DNA of 64,000 nucleotides from Octopus vulgaris. Lineage: Eukaryota. Both the position numbers and the translations under genes were made by a program. Positions 46,940 to 61,945 of the stretch are shown piece by piece. Each line of letters begins with the position of its first letter. The stretch's first letter is position 1. Below the pieces are notes generated by a model. The model made no database searches, had not been told where the DNA came from, and saw only the letters and a program-made list of their open reading frames with translations. The stretch lies in NCBI GenBank assembly GCA_951406725.2, contig OX597828.1, positions 69,192,001 through 69,256,000 on the forward strand, given 5' to 3'.

Positions 46940-47336
46940 GTCTTTTCTACTATAGGCACAAGGCTTGAATTTTGGGGGAGGGAGATAGTCGATTTCATCG
47001 ACCCCAGTGCGTAACTGGTACTTATTTCATCGATACCAAAAGGATGAAAAGCAAAGTCGAACTCGGCGGAATTTGAACTCAGAACGTAGCGACGGGCGAA
47101 AGACCTATTTCTTTACTACCCACAAGGGACCAAACACAGAGGGGGCGAACAAGGATAGACAAAGGGATTAAGTCGATTATATCGACCCCAGTGCGTAACT
47201 GGTACTTATTTAATCGACCCCGAAAAGATGAAAGGCAAAGTCGACCTCGGCGGAATTTGAACTCAGAACGTAGCGACAGACGAAATACCGCTAAGCATTT
47301 TGCCCGGTGTGCTAACGACTCTGCCAGCTCGCCGCC
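46940..47336 (-). mobile_element. Dimeric or chimeric SINE family B with 13-bp TSD (intronic)
   Basis: TACAATGTTCATA at 46927-46939 and 47337-47349. Confidence 0.9.
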
Positions 47337-49799
47337 TACAATGTTCATATTCTGCACTATTCATGCATCAGTTTCTCAAAAGATTCTTTATAGTATCTGT
47401 TAGAAGAATGAATTTTGTTATTAAACAACGCTCAACACTATTATTCATTGTAACAAAAGAATATTCTTTACATAAAACTTGTGCATTCGCAAGCACAATT
47501 CAAATTTCCCGAAGGAACTAAAATTTTCTCTCGTAATCCAATCAGATACATATATATTCATTGTGGCTTTCTTTGGTTTTTCTTGACATTTCCTGGTAGA
47601 CAGTATTACCTCAATTGTGATTCTTTCTTGGATTAGCATTCAATGCTGTCTTATTATTCTTCCAACTATTACAACTATTATTATATGATTAAATTGAATC
47701 CTGTACAATGGTTATAATTAAGTTCCCCAAAAAACCGAGTCTGCGACGTAAATTCAATCAAATTTTAGCACAAGGCCTGCAGTTTTAGGGGCGATGGTAA
47801 GTCGATCTCGGTGGAATTTGAATTAATTGACCTTGTAACGAACGAATGCACTTAGGCAAATTAGACCGGCGATTTTAGATGAATCCTGATTTGTGTTATA
47901 TATAAACAGCTATAAACTATAAATTTCCTTATTGATAGAGACAATGGTTGCATTTTCAGTTACGAGTCTCCAAATAGAGATGAAACTAATTAAGATAATC
48001 CCAATTTTTCTCCTTACGAAGAGATTTGTTTGACTTGTCTACAATTCGTAGAGAGGCTATATATACACATATATATCACATTTTTTCAGGGTATAGATTA
48101 ATTTCAACCACAGTAAATCTCTTTACTAAGTTTCAATAACAACGATTTCGACTGTTATTTGTATATAACTGGTATAGTTACACATCATTGTTTTGTAGCT
48201 TAATAGCTTTATTAATTTATAAAGAGATATATAGTTAATATAATTGTAACAAACTTTACGTTCTAATTAATGGACTACGAAATTCGTCAGACTTCACGAA
48301 GCCTTAATTAGCTATGATGCTTTACATCGCAATCAACTTGTGATATCTCCATTATAAGTGGAATCATTTTGTACAAGAGTCATCTCTGATTCTACATTAA
48401 TGTCCACATTCTTAAAAGTCATCCAAATTACGAAGAAACAAAATGTAAAATGAATAATAGATAGAAAATGCTTTAAATGTCTCCGCAGTGAAATTGTGTA
48501 TAAATTGCATTTTCAAGGCTTTAATGGATATTATTATGCTTCATTTCCACACAGATAACAATTTTATATCGATCATATTTGTTATACTGTTTGGGTGTAA
48601 TTATATATTGGTTGTGCGAGAGAAATTGAAATTGTTCTCGAACCTAATGCTTTTCTCGCTTTTTCTCTGTTTTTCTCACTAGTCTTCGACTAACCAGTAC
48701 ATTCACTCTCTCATTCTCCCCCTCTTCTTTCTCTCTCTATCTCTCTCTCTCCTTCTCGCTCTTTGACTCCCAGCTATGTAGATTATCTGTCTCTCTTATC
48801 TCTCTCACTTCCCCAGCTTTCTCTCTCTCTCTATTTTGCTTTCTTCTGCATTACATATCTCCATATCTCTATACGATATGCTGACCACAATTTCTAGCGT
48901 CGAAATGTCACCTGTTCTACGAAAAACACTGATATCTGTGAGATTTATGATAAACAAAATTTTAAGTCTTCCCGTAAACAAAAAGCAAGTGTTGCTATTA
49001 CGAACGACAAAATGTCGAGAGAGTTTGAATGTTATTGATATTGGAGTTTTTGTAGCAGCAGAAAAAGTGTGGTTAGCGCTTGCCGTACCACTGAGTTCTA
49101 ATGTCTTTCGTCCTGCGACTGTTCATTACTTTTGTTGTTAGCTCGGATCAGCTACTGTCCACTCTTTCTGTTGGCCGTATCCGATGGTGTCTGCCAATGC
49201 TCTCTGCCAAATAGCTAAGGTGTGCTGAATTTATAGTGATGAATAGGTTTAGAGAGAAAAGCGCTGAAAAAACGGTATTGTTGCTGGGGCTAATTCTAGA
49301 CGAAGTCGTGATTGGTTACATTTTTTAATCACGTGGGTAATATTCTAGTGAATCACAACAGCTGGTGAATATTCCCTCAGGCATACATACATATATACAT
49401 ACATATACATACATACATACATACATACATACATACATACATACATACATACATACATACATACATAGCTTCTTTCCAAATATACTCACAAGGCTTTGGT
49501 CAACGTCCCAGAGCTATAGTAAAACGGTTGCCCAAGGTGCTACGCAGTGGGATTGAAACCATGTATATGCATGTATGTATGTATGTATGTATGTATGTAT
49601 GTATGTATGTATGTATGTATGTATGTATAAATGAGACTTATTGAATCAAGCCAGGACAATGCAAAAAGACAAAGTGAAAAAAAGAAAACAAAACAAAACA
49701 AAATTGTGGTTTCACCTTATATGTCTATATTTCGGGGCTATTACCCCTTCTTCAATATATGTGGAAAAGCGAGGGATGGGAAAGGTCGTTGCTCAGAGG

Positions 49800-50135
49800 T
49801 GTGGGGGGATGGCAGGTGATATGCATAGACTGGTGTTGCCAAAGTAACCAGTCTGCTTAATGTAGTTTTTTTCTGTTCTTTATGACTTGGCTCAGATAGT
49901 TGTTAAGGAAGGCCACTGTAATTCTGAGATTGCCTCTGTTTTGTTGAGTGGCCCTGATGGGTACCTTGAAATTCTGGGTCTAGCACTCCTTTAGGTGTTT
50001 TTTGGCTGAAGTATCTGTCGCATATGTTTTTTTTATTCGAACGTGCATTTTCCTTGTGATGCTTCCAGTGTAGGATGCCCCGCCTTTACTGCAGACTACC
50101 TCGTATAGCACATAGGCCCTCGAACACATCTTGAA
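49800..50135 (-). mobile_element. Penelope-like GIY-YIG endonuclease fragment
   Basis: Minus strand: MCSRAYVLYEVVCSKGGASYTGSITRKMHVRIK(K)H resembles the PLE VVY..C..C...YIG.T.R.L..R..EH motif. Confidence 0.55.
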
Positions 50136-50549
50136 GTCGTTAACAGAACAATTGGATAGTGTACAACTCTCGACGCAAAATGAAAAAAACAAGAAACTTC
50201 CATGTCCAGTTAACTATAAAATACAATTCTATCTTTACGGTCAGATTGTTAGGACGAAAAATGAAAAAATACAGAATGAAATGAAAGACAATAATATGAT
50301 AAACTGGAAAAGACATAAAGACTGGTCATTCTCGTGCTTGGCGACTGTATACTTGAAAGATTTCTCGAGTACCCCATCCAACACCAGAATCTGTCACTAT
50401 AGAAAGTTAATTTATGATTGGTAGCTATTTCATACTTTTTAAAAACCATTTAGAAAATAAGTTAGTAGGTAAGCTCTCCTCCACATGCATATATACATAC
50501 ACATTCTTTCATATACCCACATACAAACTGCTTTCATATATATACTCTT

Positions 50550-50650
<101 letters not shown>

Positions 50651-51205
50651 CGGTGGCTGCCCCCTCGTTATCGTGTATGGCCATTGCACGAAGCTTAATC
50701 AATGTTGTTATCGTGCAATGCCTGTGCAAGAAGATTTTTTTTTAAGTGAGGAAAGGCTGTGCACTGAGCCAATCCCACTCACTAAGCAACAGCAGCCATA
50801 ATCCGAAAAGAAGAACAAGTCAACATCATCGGTAACCACTGAGCCGCAGGTTTTATGTCGGAGTTATCCCAGTTACCTGAGTTACCTTCTCCTAGAAGGA
50901 TGCCCTAACAAAGGCTAGGAGTCCTTCACTCCCAATGGTTTAACCGCGCGATCGGGTATTCAGTCCGATTATTTCTATGTCCCCGCGCATGATACAGCCT
51001 TAAGACATTTATTGGATGGCCGTTGACTCTCAAGAGTTCCTCCGCCCTTTGACAGGTTTTGTTTTTCATCCCGCAGGGTGTCCAATAAACACCCTCCTCA
51101 CCGACCAAGCTTGGTGGGGTTGCCGGTTTAGTCGCCAACGACCCGACCTTGCAACAGGTTGTACTGGGTTACATGTTACTAGTAGCACTCGAAAGTGACC
51201 TGACA
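50651..51205 (-). mobile_element. Non-autonomous RTE-related element
   Basis: GC-richer block; minus strand GGCGACTAAACCGGCAACCCC and CTAGGAGAAGGTAACTC resemble RTE 5'-UTR motifs; (TA)n at the 3' end. Confidence 0.45.
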
Positions 51206-51534
51206 TATTTATATATGAACACATACATACTACTTACATTCTAACTATTTTTACTTTGTATATAAATATTAATATTTGATGAGTTCTCTGCCTATGAGCA
51301 ACGGTAAATCACGACAATGTTTATTGACTGGAATTTACATAGGTTTAGTTTATATTACTGTATTTATCTATTCACACACATCCACAGCTAATAATGTATG
51401 CTATCCTTATTGTAGATATATAAGCATTTTTCCTGTCATCCGATATTAATACACATGGATACTTGGCAATAAGTACTTCTACATACAAAATTGCACCACA
51501 GGGATACATATAAATGCATACATATATCAGGTCA

Positions 51535-51695
51535 TCCCATAAGTGGGCTTCTTCCAGTTTCCATCTACCAAATCCACTCACAAGGTTTTGGTCGGTTTGA
51601 GGCTATAGTAGAAGACACTGGTCCAAGTTTCCACGCAGTGGGACTGAATCTGGAACCATGTAGTTGGGAAGGAAGCATCTTACCACACTGCGCCT
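51535..51695 (-). mobile_element. SINE family C, 5' half
   Basis: CACGCAGTGGGACTGAATCTGGAACCATG...TTACCACAC. Confidence 0.75.
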
Positions 51696-52764
51696 ATAGA
51701 GAACCGTTTTTCTTTTAGAAATATATTGAAAACACGACTATTTTCTACTTTTGGTTTTCAACATTACAATTCTATGTTGATATTTTAGCACGTGTTCTTA
51801 GTATTTTGTTAGGAACAGCAAAGTTACCAAAACCGACATCAACGTTACTAGAATTTTCTAGTTGTATTTTCTGGATGTAACAAGTTATCGATAACCAATG
51901 AAATTTACAAATTCGATTGCAAAGATGTAAAGAGTGAAAGTTATAATAATGGAAGAAATACTCATAACACACAACAATGCTGAAATAAATAGCGACAACA
52001 TATATCAGTAACAAACGAAAATAAATATCCGATCGATAATGAATATATCTGTCGGTCAAGATTGTAGTGTCTACACCAATTACATTTACGTTGTCTACTA
52101 ATAAAGTGGAAGCAACATGTGGCAGCATCACGTCATCCAGAAAATGAGATCACGAAGGCTTAGAAATATTGATGGTGGATTTGGGAACTATACTCTCGTA
52201 AATAAACTGCAAGAGGTTTGAAAAAATTGATAAAAACAGATAAAACTAGAAGACAGTCGAATTCTGAACACAACAGAGAATGGACACACACATATATGTG
52301 TGCATGTATATATATAGGTGTTATTCAAATTCTTTTACTTCCGACACATGTTTCGAAGATATCACTGGTATTATTCCAAAGGAATAAAATGGTGTCAAAC
52401 AATGTAATCTTCTCCTCGGGGAAATAAAGAAATGAAACTCGTCAATAAGACATTTTAATAGAATATGATGGATATGTATAGCGATTAACTGAACGCTATT
52501 AAGTTTGTTTAAAAAAAAAACGTTAGAGGATGTAATGTCAAAGCCTATAGAAAGAGGAGGGGTAAAAGGAAGAAAAAACAAATAAATGAGATGTATATAA
52601 CGATATGTAAATTAAATAAAAGCCTAAAGTCTTGGAAAAAGATATATCTAGTGAATGTGAAATATAAGAAGAAAATTAATGTGTAAATTATATATATTGA
52701 TTGATATCACTTATACGAACTAGAGGAGAGAAAAATGTGTGTAGTGGCTAACGATCGCACACAC

Positions 52765-52881
52765 ATATGTGTGTATGTATGTATGTATGTATGTATGTAT
52801 GTATGTATGTATGTATGTATGTGTGTATTTATGTATGTATGTATGCATGCATGCATGTATGTATGTATGTATGAATGTATG

Positions 52882-52938
<57 letters not shown>

Positions 52939-53035
52939 GTGTGTGTATGTATGTATGTATGTATGTATGTATGTATGTGTGTATTTATGTATGTGTGTAT
53001 GTATGCATGCATGTATGTATGTATGTATGAATGTA

Positions 53036-53106
<71 letters not shown>

Positions 53107-53125
53107 GTATTTATGTATGTATGTT
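52765..53125. repeat. (TATG)n/(TA)n/(TG)n compound microsatellite
   Basis: Direct inspection. Confidence 0.9.
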
Positions 53126-53162
53126 AGTATGCTTGAGGGTGTATGTATTATACTTACATTGA

Positions 53163-53489
<327 letters not shown>

Positions 53490-53751
53490 TAAACTTCTTC
53501 GTCACATCCTTTTTATTAATTGAGTCGTGCTGAATGTTATACAATGGGAATGTGTTTGCATATATAATTGTATGCCACTGTTGTAATTTAGTCCCATATC
53601 CGTCTTGCACGAGCCGACCTATGAGCAAAATTGTCCTAGCTTTGACCATTTCAAATCTTGCATTTTTCAATGAGATCTTTTAAAAAAGACAAAGCACATT
53701 GAGCGTTAATCTTTAGTGACGGAAGCAGTATGTGTACCAAAAGGTTAGCTT

Positions 53752-54449
53752 TATATTCATTTTAACATAGGTGTCTTGTTAGAACATCGAATACTGCGAT
53801 CCTAGCTTCGAGAGATACTCTGCTTGGTGCAAACAAGTACACGCATGGATCGTAGAAGAGGAGAATCGTCTGTGATGGGTGCTGAAACTACCATATCACG
53901 TGATATCAGTCTACTGGACATCATCAGTGGAAGAACGATATATAGCAGGCTGATTAAAAATTGCTTATTAGCGATGGAATCTTTATATCCAACTTAACAT
54001 AAATGTCTTGTTGGAACATCGAATAATACGTTATTAGCCTTGAAAAGATTAAAACTGTTTCCATCGCTAATAAGCAATTTTTAATAAGCCTGCTGGCTAT
54101 TTGAGTCATCATTGTCTTAAGAAGATGCTGATATTCTATATATCGTATCAGCGAGATTTGACTGGAAAGCAGCGACGGGATGTCTCCCACTGATGATGTC
54201 CAGTAAACTGATATCACGTGACATGGTAGTTTCAACACCCATCACAGACGATTCTCCTCTTCTACGATCCATGTGTGTACTTATGTGCACCAAGCAGAGT
54301 ATACCCTCGAGGCTAAGACAGGGCCATGACAGACGATTCTGGTCTGCTACGATTTTGTGTGTACTTTTATGCACTAAGCGCCTATTTGATAGGATCTCTC
54401 AATGCAGTATTCGATGTTCTAACAAGACATCCACATTAAGTTGGATATA
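53752..54449. repeat. Nested intronic inverted repeats (fold-back)
   Basis: 53752-53930 versus 54187-54449; inner pair 53944-53979 versus 54059-54094. Confidence 0.85.
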
Positions 54450-54576
54450 CGATTACCATACGTTGAATGTTGCTATTTCTCGTAGGGCAATGAATTGCGC
54501 AGAGGATCCAGCATTGTCTATATATGTCATTAATATTCCTGTGTATCATTTCATATTTATTTTTTTTCTCTTCTAA

Positions 54577-54825
<249 letters not shown>

Positions 54826-55044
54826 TGAACATTTATTTGTCTGATAGTTATTTAACTCCAGATCAGTTCTGATCAAGTATGATTCGGTCATAACTATCTC
54901 GCCTTTATTTCATTCGTTATGTATCTAAAAATACATTATCTAATGGTTCATCTATTTAAAAACGGTTGGGTATGGTTTATTCTTGACCTCAAGAGTTATT
55001 CTTTGAAAGCCTAGAACTTATTCCAGCGTTGAAATTTATAGAAA

Positions 55045-55215
55045 AACAGACGAAGACAGGTGTATGAACAACAAGTGTATTAATTTGACGCTCGGGAAAA
55101 ATGTAAAAGTCTTTCACGTTTCGAGCCTACGCTCTTCAACAAAAAGGAATAAGAGAATGAAAGAGAGAGAATGAAAAACTTGTAGATTTCAACGGGCCAA
55201 CATGGCGATCTATCG
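55045..55215 (-). mobile_element. HHR-like short repeat, copy 3 (motif 55111-55146), decayed
   Basis: Minus strand: cttt TTGTTGA A GAGC GTAG GCTC GAAAC GTG aaag. Confidence 0.55.
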
Positions 55216-55294
55216 GTCTCTTTTCGAAACGTGAAAATTTTAAAATTTGGTTTATTGATGTAATTTTCCACCATGAACCTCGGGGGGATACTTT

Positions 55295-55685
55295 TACTTG
55301 TTTCAGTCATTTGATTTCGCTCATGCTGGAGCACCGCCTTAAATTGATTTTTTGTCGAAGAAATCGACCCCAGGACTTACGCTTTGTAAGCTTAGTACTC
55401 ATTTTATTGGCTCCTTTCACTGAACCGCTAAGTTACGGGGACGTAAACACACCAACATCAGTTGTCAAGCAATGATTGGGAGACAAACACAGACACAAAG
55501 ACACACATATAAATATAGACATATATATACGACGGGCTTCTTTAAGTTTCCGTCTATCAAATCCACTCACAAGGCTTTGATTGGTTTGAGGCTATAGAAG
55601 AAGACACTTGCCCAAGGTGCTACGCAGTGTGACTGAACCCGGAACCATGTGGTTGGGAAGCAAGCTTCTTACCACACAACCACGC
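55295..55685 (-). mobile_element. Full-length SINE family C
   Basis: Reverse complement of the 19273-20017 type. Confidence 0.85.
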
Positions 55686-56914
55686 TTCAAGAAGATTTGG
55701 CAGATACTTCTTGCTTGTTGAGTTGACTGGTTTTGTATATACGTGTGAAGTATGCTTCGTTGAGATGTTTGGCACAAATGAAACAGGACTGTAATATGTA
55801 CACTTGAGTCAGAGCCTACTCTCATACGATAATTGAGATTTAGTGCAGCGAGTTACAAGTTAATGAAACGTGTTAATTATACAACGATTCCGGTGATGCT
55901 TAATTACAAGTGAAGATATTGAAGAAGCCTGTATTAAATGACTTGAGCAGTGATGACGAACCTATGGTTTCTTGTCAGTAGTATCATGTAATGGACTTTG
56001 AAAAACAAAAATCCTCCTGCAACATCATGTTAGAAAATACTTATCTATAAACATTTGCTTATGATTTATGTTATATAATTTTGTCTTCATTAAGCTACTA
56101 AAGAATAACTAATTAGAATTGATCTTTCGAAATCGCATCTCTCTACATTGTTATTACGTTATATCTACTACATAGTTTACTGAATGGCAGAAACGGTAAG
56201 ATGCAAGATTATGTGAGTTGATATAGTTAGATACATCTATTTGCGGGCTGTTCTCAGACAGGACCTGTGTTGATTTTTGCTTTTCATCTTTTCACAATTG
56301 ACAATTGTCAGAAATAAATACTTGTGATAAAGTAGCTTCGATTAAAGCTGCTAAATGGCAATTGACCTTGGAATGAATATTGATTGTTGTATGTTGACCA
56401 AAGAATCGATAACTGATTGTCTGTTTCACTAATTTTAACAAAGGATGTAATGGCAATAATCTAGGAAAGGTTGTCATTATCATTGTTCAGCCCAACGCCA
56501 GTCGTGAATGAGTAAAACTGTATTGGTTCAGAGATATTGCAACTGCGATCATCTTGTCTATTTTTTTACTTCTGAATTTCATTATTCAATGTGTTCATTC
56601 CTTAAGGCTATAAGAGTGATTTGAGAGAAATTTGGTTACTATTTCTAACAGATCGATTGACCATGTAAACTTAATTATCTTGGTTTTAGAAAGGGTTGCT
56701 GTTGTTGTTATGTGACACGTTAGTCCTATTCAAGCAAACACGAAGGTATAAAAGATATTTCAAGTATCGAATTCCCAGTCTCATGTTGCCGAATTCTACC
56801 AATGACTCTGCTTGCTTGATAACTTTCATCAAATATCAATAGAATGAGAATCACGTTAGTATTTCAGTTTCCTTACAGAGTAACAGCATCATAGTGTACT
56901 CACCTCATAAAATA

Positions 56915-57326
56915 TATTATTTTATTACCCACAGGGGGCTAAACATAGAGGGGACAAACAAGGACAGAAAAAGGGATTAAGTCGATTACATCGACTCCAG
57001 TGCGTCACTGGTACTTAATTTATCGACCCCGAAAGGATGAAAGGTAAAGTCGACCTCGGCGGAATTTGAACTCAGAACGTAGCGACAGACGAAATACCTC
57101 TTTCTTTACTACCCACAAGGGCTAAACACAGAGAGGACAAACAAGGACAAACGGATTAAGTCGATTATATCGACCCTAGTGCGTAACTGGTACTTATTTA
57201 ATCGACTCCGAAAGGATGAAAGGCAAAGTCGACCTCGGCGAAATTTGAACTCAGAACGTTGCGACAGACGAAATACCGCTAAGCATTCCGCCCGGTGTGC
57301 TAACGTTTCTGCCAGCTCGCCGCCTT
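56915..57326 (-). mobile_element. Dimeric SINE family B with 13-bp TSD
   Basis: ACCTCATAAAATA at 56902-56914 and 57327-57339. Confidence 0.9.
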
Positions 57327-57726
57327 ACCTCATAAAATAGTTAATTTCAAAGAGGATGCGAAGTAGTTAGATCAACCGAAGCAAATACATCTTTTGATTA
57401 CGACCAGAAATCGCTGTGCTGGTTGTAAGTTTAGTGAATTATCTCAAGCGCCAGTTGAAGCTGCGTGTCAGATCCTGCTTACTAAGGATATATTTAGCTC
57501 TGTATAGCGTGGCAAATGAATAAGAACTCCACATAATACGTAACGTTGAAAGCTTCGACTTCATGTAATGGAGAAAAGAAATCAGCCTGGGCGAAGTTCA
57601 TTCTTCCCCGCGGATATTGCTGTTCTTTTTGTTGTTATTACTTTGCCCCAGGTTGATTCTAGTCGAGGTAAACCTATTTTCAATGATGCTCCAGCTGCTA
57701 TTTCCATACTGTCCTTTTTTTTTATA

Positions 57727-58109
57727 TGGAAACACTCCGTCGGTTACGACGACGAGGGTTCCGGTTGATCCGAATCAGCGGAACAGCCTGCTCGTGAAAT
57801 TAATGTGTAAGTGGCTGAGCACTCCACAGACACGTGTAACCTTAACGTAGTTCTCGGAGATATTCAGCGTGACACAGAGAGTGACAAGGCCGGCCCTTTG
57901 AAATACAGGTACAACAGAAACAGGAAGTAAGAGTGAGAGAAAGTTGTGGTGAAAGAGCACAGCAGGGATCACCACCATCCCCTGCCGGAGCCTCGTGGAG
58001 CTTTAGGTGTTTTCGCTCAATAAACACTCAAACGCCCGGTCTGGGAATCGAAACCGCGATCCTATGACCGCGAGTCCGCTGCCCTAACCACTGGGCCATT
58101 GCGCCTCCA
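57727..58109 (-). mobile_element. Full-length SINE family A
   Basis: Intact tRNA-like head; TTTTTTTTATAT on both flanks. Confidence 0.9.
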
Positions 58110-58608
58110 TTGCGTTTTTTTTATATAGCGAGTATAGAACCACACCTCTAGCGTGTTTATTCTTTTAAGAAGGGATTGTATGATTTTCAGGAGGTTTGGC
58201 TGTTATTTCTAACTGTTGCGTGACCATATAAATGCTTTCTTTGTTGGTTCGTGCTAGGTTGTGGTTGCTGTTGTTATTAATTAGCCTCCCTTGCAATCCA
58301 GCCGTGACTATCCATCTTCTTCTAGTATCTCAGACTTACATTATCTAATGTGCCCTCCCTTTCTTTGCGCGACTGTGTTGACTGCAGTTGGAAATCGCAG
58401 GGGACACTAACGCCAGCCCCACGGGACCCCCACTGCAGACAAATACATCATCAATAAATGAAACATTGAAATCAGAATTGAATAATCGGATCAATATCTA
58501 TCGATATTTCACTATATCACCTTTATTTTTTTTTATTTATTTTTCAGCCTTTCATTTAATTTTCTTTATTGCTTCTTTCATCCCTCGATCTTTCTTTCTT
58601 TCTTTCCC

Positions 58609-58644
<36 letters not shown>

Positions 58645-59057
58645 AAACGAAATCTTACTGGAAAATTTTATATCACGATTGAAGGAAGTCGTCTAAAATG
58701 ACAGCGTTGTATAGAAAGTGAAACAGACGGAATATCTTTGCGGAGGTCTTATCATGCAAATCAAGCCGTTACAATACATAAAATATAAATGTGCAATGAA
58801 GCATAAAGTTTGTCGTGTCTTGAGATTAATCTACGGACACAAAAAGAAAAAATGATGAACAAAAACAACAGCATTCTTTTCAATGGTAATACATAATAAT
58901 GCATTGAGTATTAACGTGTCCGTGTGTGGTGTGTATATGTAAAACAAATTATGTCATTTGGTACGATGGGATATTTTTAGTGGATCATACATAAATGCAT
59001 GTGTCAGCAAGTATGCAGGAAGTATCTATTTTGTAATATATATTTCCATTTACAAAT

Positions 59058-59105
<48 letters not shown>

Positions 59106-61371
59106 GCTTTTTCTCACATAGATATGTACACAAAGACATACACACATCTGAAGAGTTATTTAGCTTTAATGTAAAATAATCTGGATAAAAAGCACTAAGA
59201 ATATAAATGCTTATAGTTAGCTGCGTAGATACATTTGCCTCCAAATCTACAGATGTCGATGAATTTACATACATACACACATGCATACATGCATATAGAT
59301 ATCTGCATACTCACACACACAGTGTGTGCGCGCGCGCGCGTGCGTGTGTGTGTGTGTGTGTGTGTGTATACACAAGTATACAATTATATTATGGTGGACA
59401 GAAACTCTCTCTGGGGTGAGCGGACAGCAAGAAAACTCTTCAGAGGAAAAACTCCCGTCAGACAAGTATTTCTGACCTTTAGTTGTCGACATTCTAAGGG
59501 GGCCGGGTACACATTGGTAGTGACTCTTTGGTGTCCTTTCGCTGTTATTTAAATGCCACCTTTAGTGGGAATTGAACTTGGAACCTTTGGGTACGCTTAT
59601 TGTTCAGCCACATAGACCAGTGCATGATCTTGCACTGTTACAAACCGGATTTTGTTCTTTCAACATTTTTTTGTCTATAGTTAGCTACTAAGAAAAACGA
59701 TTGGTCCTTCTTTAATTTTAATTAATTAAAATATCTCGGTTCACTACTTTATGTCAGCATTCACTTTATATATCGACCATATACGTGTTAAAGTACAGAT
59801 ACAGCTGTTTACTTGTATGTCGAAGTTTCCAGAAGACCAAACGTAACTTTATTTACACAGCAGTTACAGCAATGCTACCACAGGGCATAAACCCTACATC
59901 TTAGAATTGCGAGGAAGGAGGGGGAAGTCTACCTTGTCTCTATTTTGAAGAAAGAGGAAATACATAAAAGTATCGTTGATTAGGTTCCGAATTACTAAAT
60001 GACAAGAGAGAAAATGTCCGAATTATTTTCTAGTTCACGGAATCAAATTAATTCCAGTTTAAATATTCTGATTCTTCTAATTTCCTGTTTTACGATATAT
60101 TGTTTGAAAAGTTGAATTTCGTGCTGCTGGCATTAATACCATTCCTGGGATTGATGGCTGGAGTTGGAGAAGTCTGGAAATTTCAGTTATTAGGTAACTA
60201 GCTAATTATTCGGTAGACTGTGGAATAAACAAGGAAACAGAGAGGGGGAGGAGGGGAGAGGAGGGGAGAGGAGGGGAGAGGAGGAGGAGGAGAGAGTGTG
60301 AGCAGAAGAATCGAGATGTTTTTTTCAACTGTTAAGTCCATTACATCGTAACACTTGCCTGTAGAAGAACTGGAAAAAAAATAAAATTTGAGGAAAAGGA
60401 TAATTGACTCAGCGTAACTGCTTAAATGTTTTCAAAAATTCTAGTATTAAAATAGGAAGTTATTATACGGACATCATTGTTTTCGACCGTTTAATCATTA
60501 GACATTTGGAATGGACCAAAATTCTATTTAGATCGAAGAACCATTTATCTCTCAACCACATTCTCACACGACTTCATTCTCAAGCATCACTTGACTCAGA
60601 TAACTTTTAATAATTCAACACCACCAATCGCAGAAAGGGGCTGGAAACAGAAATTTCAATCGTAATATATGCAATGCGAGATCATTTGATGGATAGCGAA
60701 TAAATTGGTAAATCGACACGTGGGGTGTTGAGAAATCTTTCGTGGAATTTATTACTCTACTAACACTAGTTATGCAAACCACATTGAATGAGTCAGTGAA
60801 TTAAATTCTTTATTAAATTACAATGGTTGCATCAATATTGATAAATTAGATTACCTAACATAATAAAACACGCTTGAATGCAATAGAACTATTCACTATT
60901 GCTTCCTCCAGTGATTTCCCCATCCTTAATTGCGTAAATATTGTAGAGATAATGCTCCATTAGAGAGAGCTTCAATTTCCAATTTTGTTGCTTGAATATG
61001 AAAACTTTCATAGATGAACGACACTGCATCTAATCACTCAGTAGGTTTCGATCGATCGACACATTACTCTTTTGATCTACATTAAGAAGAACTCTATAGA
61101 TGCTTAAAATACAGTCACTGACGCTGCTGAAAGTAGTTTATTGAGTTATAAACTATTTTCCTTTATGGGAGAGCGTAACACTGCACTTCAGTTATAACGG
61201 TCTACAAAATGTGTGTATTGTGCCACAATGTTGTCTTTCATATTTCATTGGATTTCTGTGTTACAACTGCTGAAGACTTCGTTTTTATTTAGTGTAACAT
61301 CTTAATGTAAATAAACTTCCAGATGCATGCTCATCCCCAGTTAAAGATTTGGGATCAGCAAGCTTTCAAAA

Positions 61372-61783
61372 CAAACACTCTTGTATAATACATAATAAAT
61401 AAATAATGAAATTATTATATACAGTGCTTAGGTGCACCACAACTTGTCAAAAGTGCATATAAAGCATATGCAGTAATGTAAAAATGTCTGGAAAGTAAAC
61501 AGTGTATGAGTCAGATACATGCTTGCGTGTTATTGGAGGGGGGGAAACTCAGGTGTAGTGTTGGCAAATCTCAGGAAGCATGGACGTTTTGAAGGATGCA
61601 GTGCTCCGACAACTAACAACTGATTCCAGCAGTTTGTTCCATGTTTCAGCAACTCTCAGCGTGAAAAAATGTTTCCGAAAGTCATGGGAGCTATGCTACT
61701 TTCTGACTTAGTAAACATGTCCACGGGTGCTAGACGGGTGGAGTTTGAAAAGGTGCTCAGAGTTATTGTTTGTAAGATGTTGG
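61372..61783 (-). mobile_element. CR1-type LINE 3' end
   Basis: Minus strand: STRGHVY...FRKHFFTLRVAETWNKLLESVVSCRSTASFKT, typical CR1 ORF2 C-terminus; ATT-rich tail. Confidence 0.85.
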
Positions 61784-61945
61784 CCTTTAAGCTTATAATA
61801 AGAAATGCTCCTATTCATTGTACATATTTAGAGTTAAATAATCGTTATGAGCATCGTCTTTACAAGCTTAACAAGCTACGCACTTATACTTCAGAGTTGG
61901 AGAGTGGTTTAGTGTACAGGGATGTGTTGTTACTAAAAATACCGT

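Noticed and set aside
54190-54230. CTGATGA (also CTGACGA near 40360 and on the minus strand near 10510 and 13312)
   Set aside because: No stem II followed by GAAA; not hammerheads
58388-58696. 102-aa ORF following a CAG, a candidate extra exon
   Set aside because: No zinc-finger content, runs into (TTTC)n, no clear donor; exons 3 and 4 already join in phase
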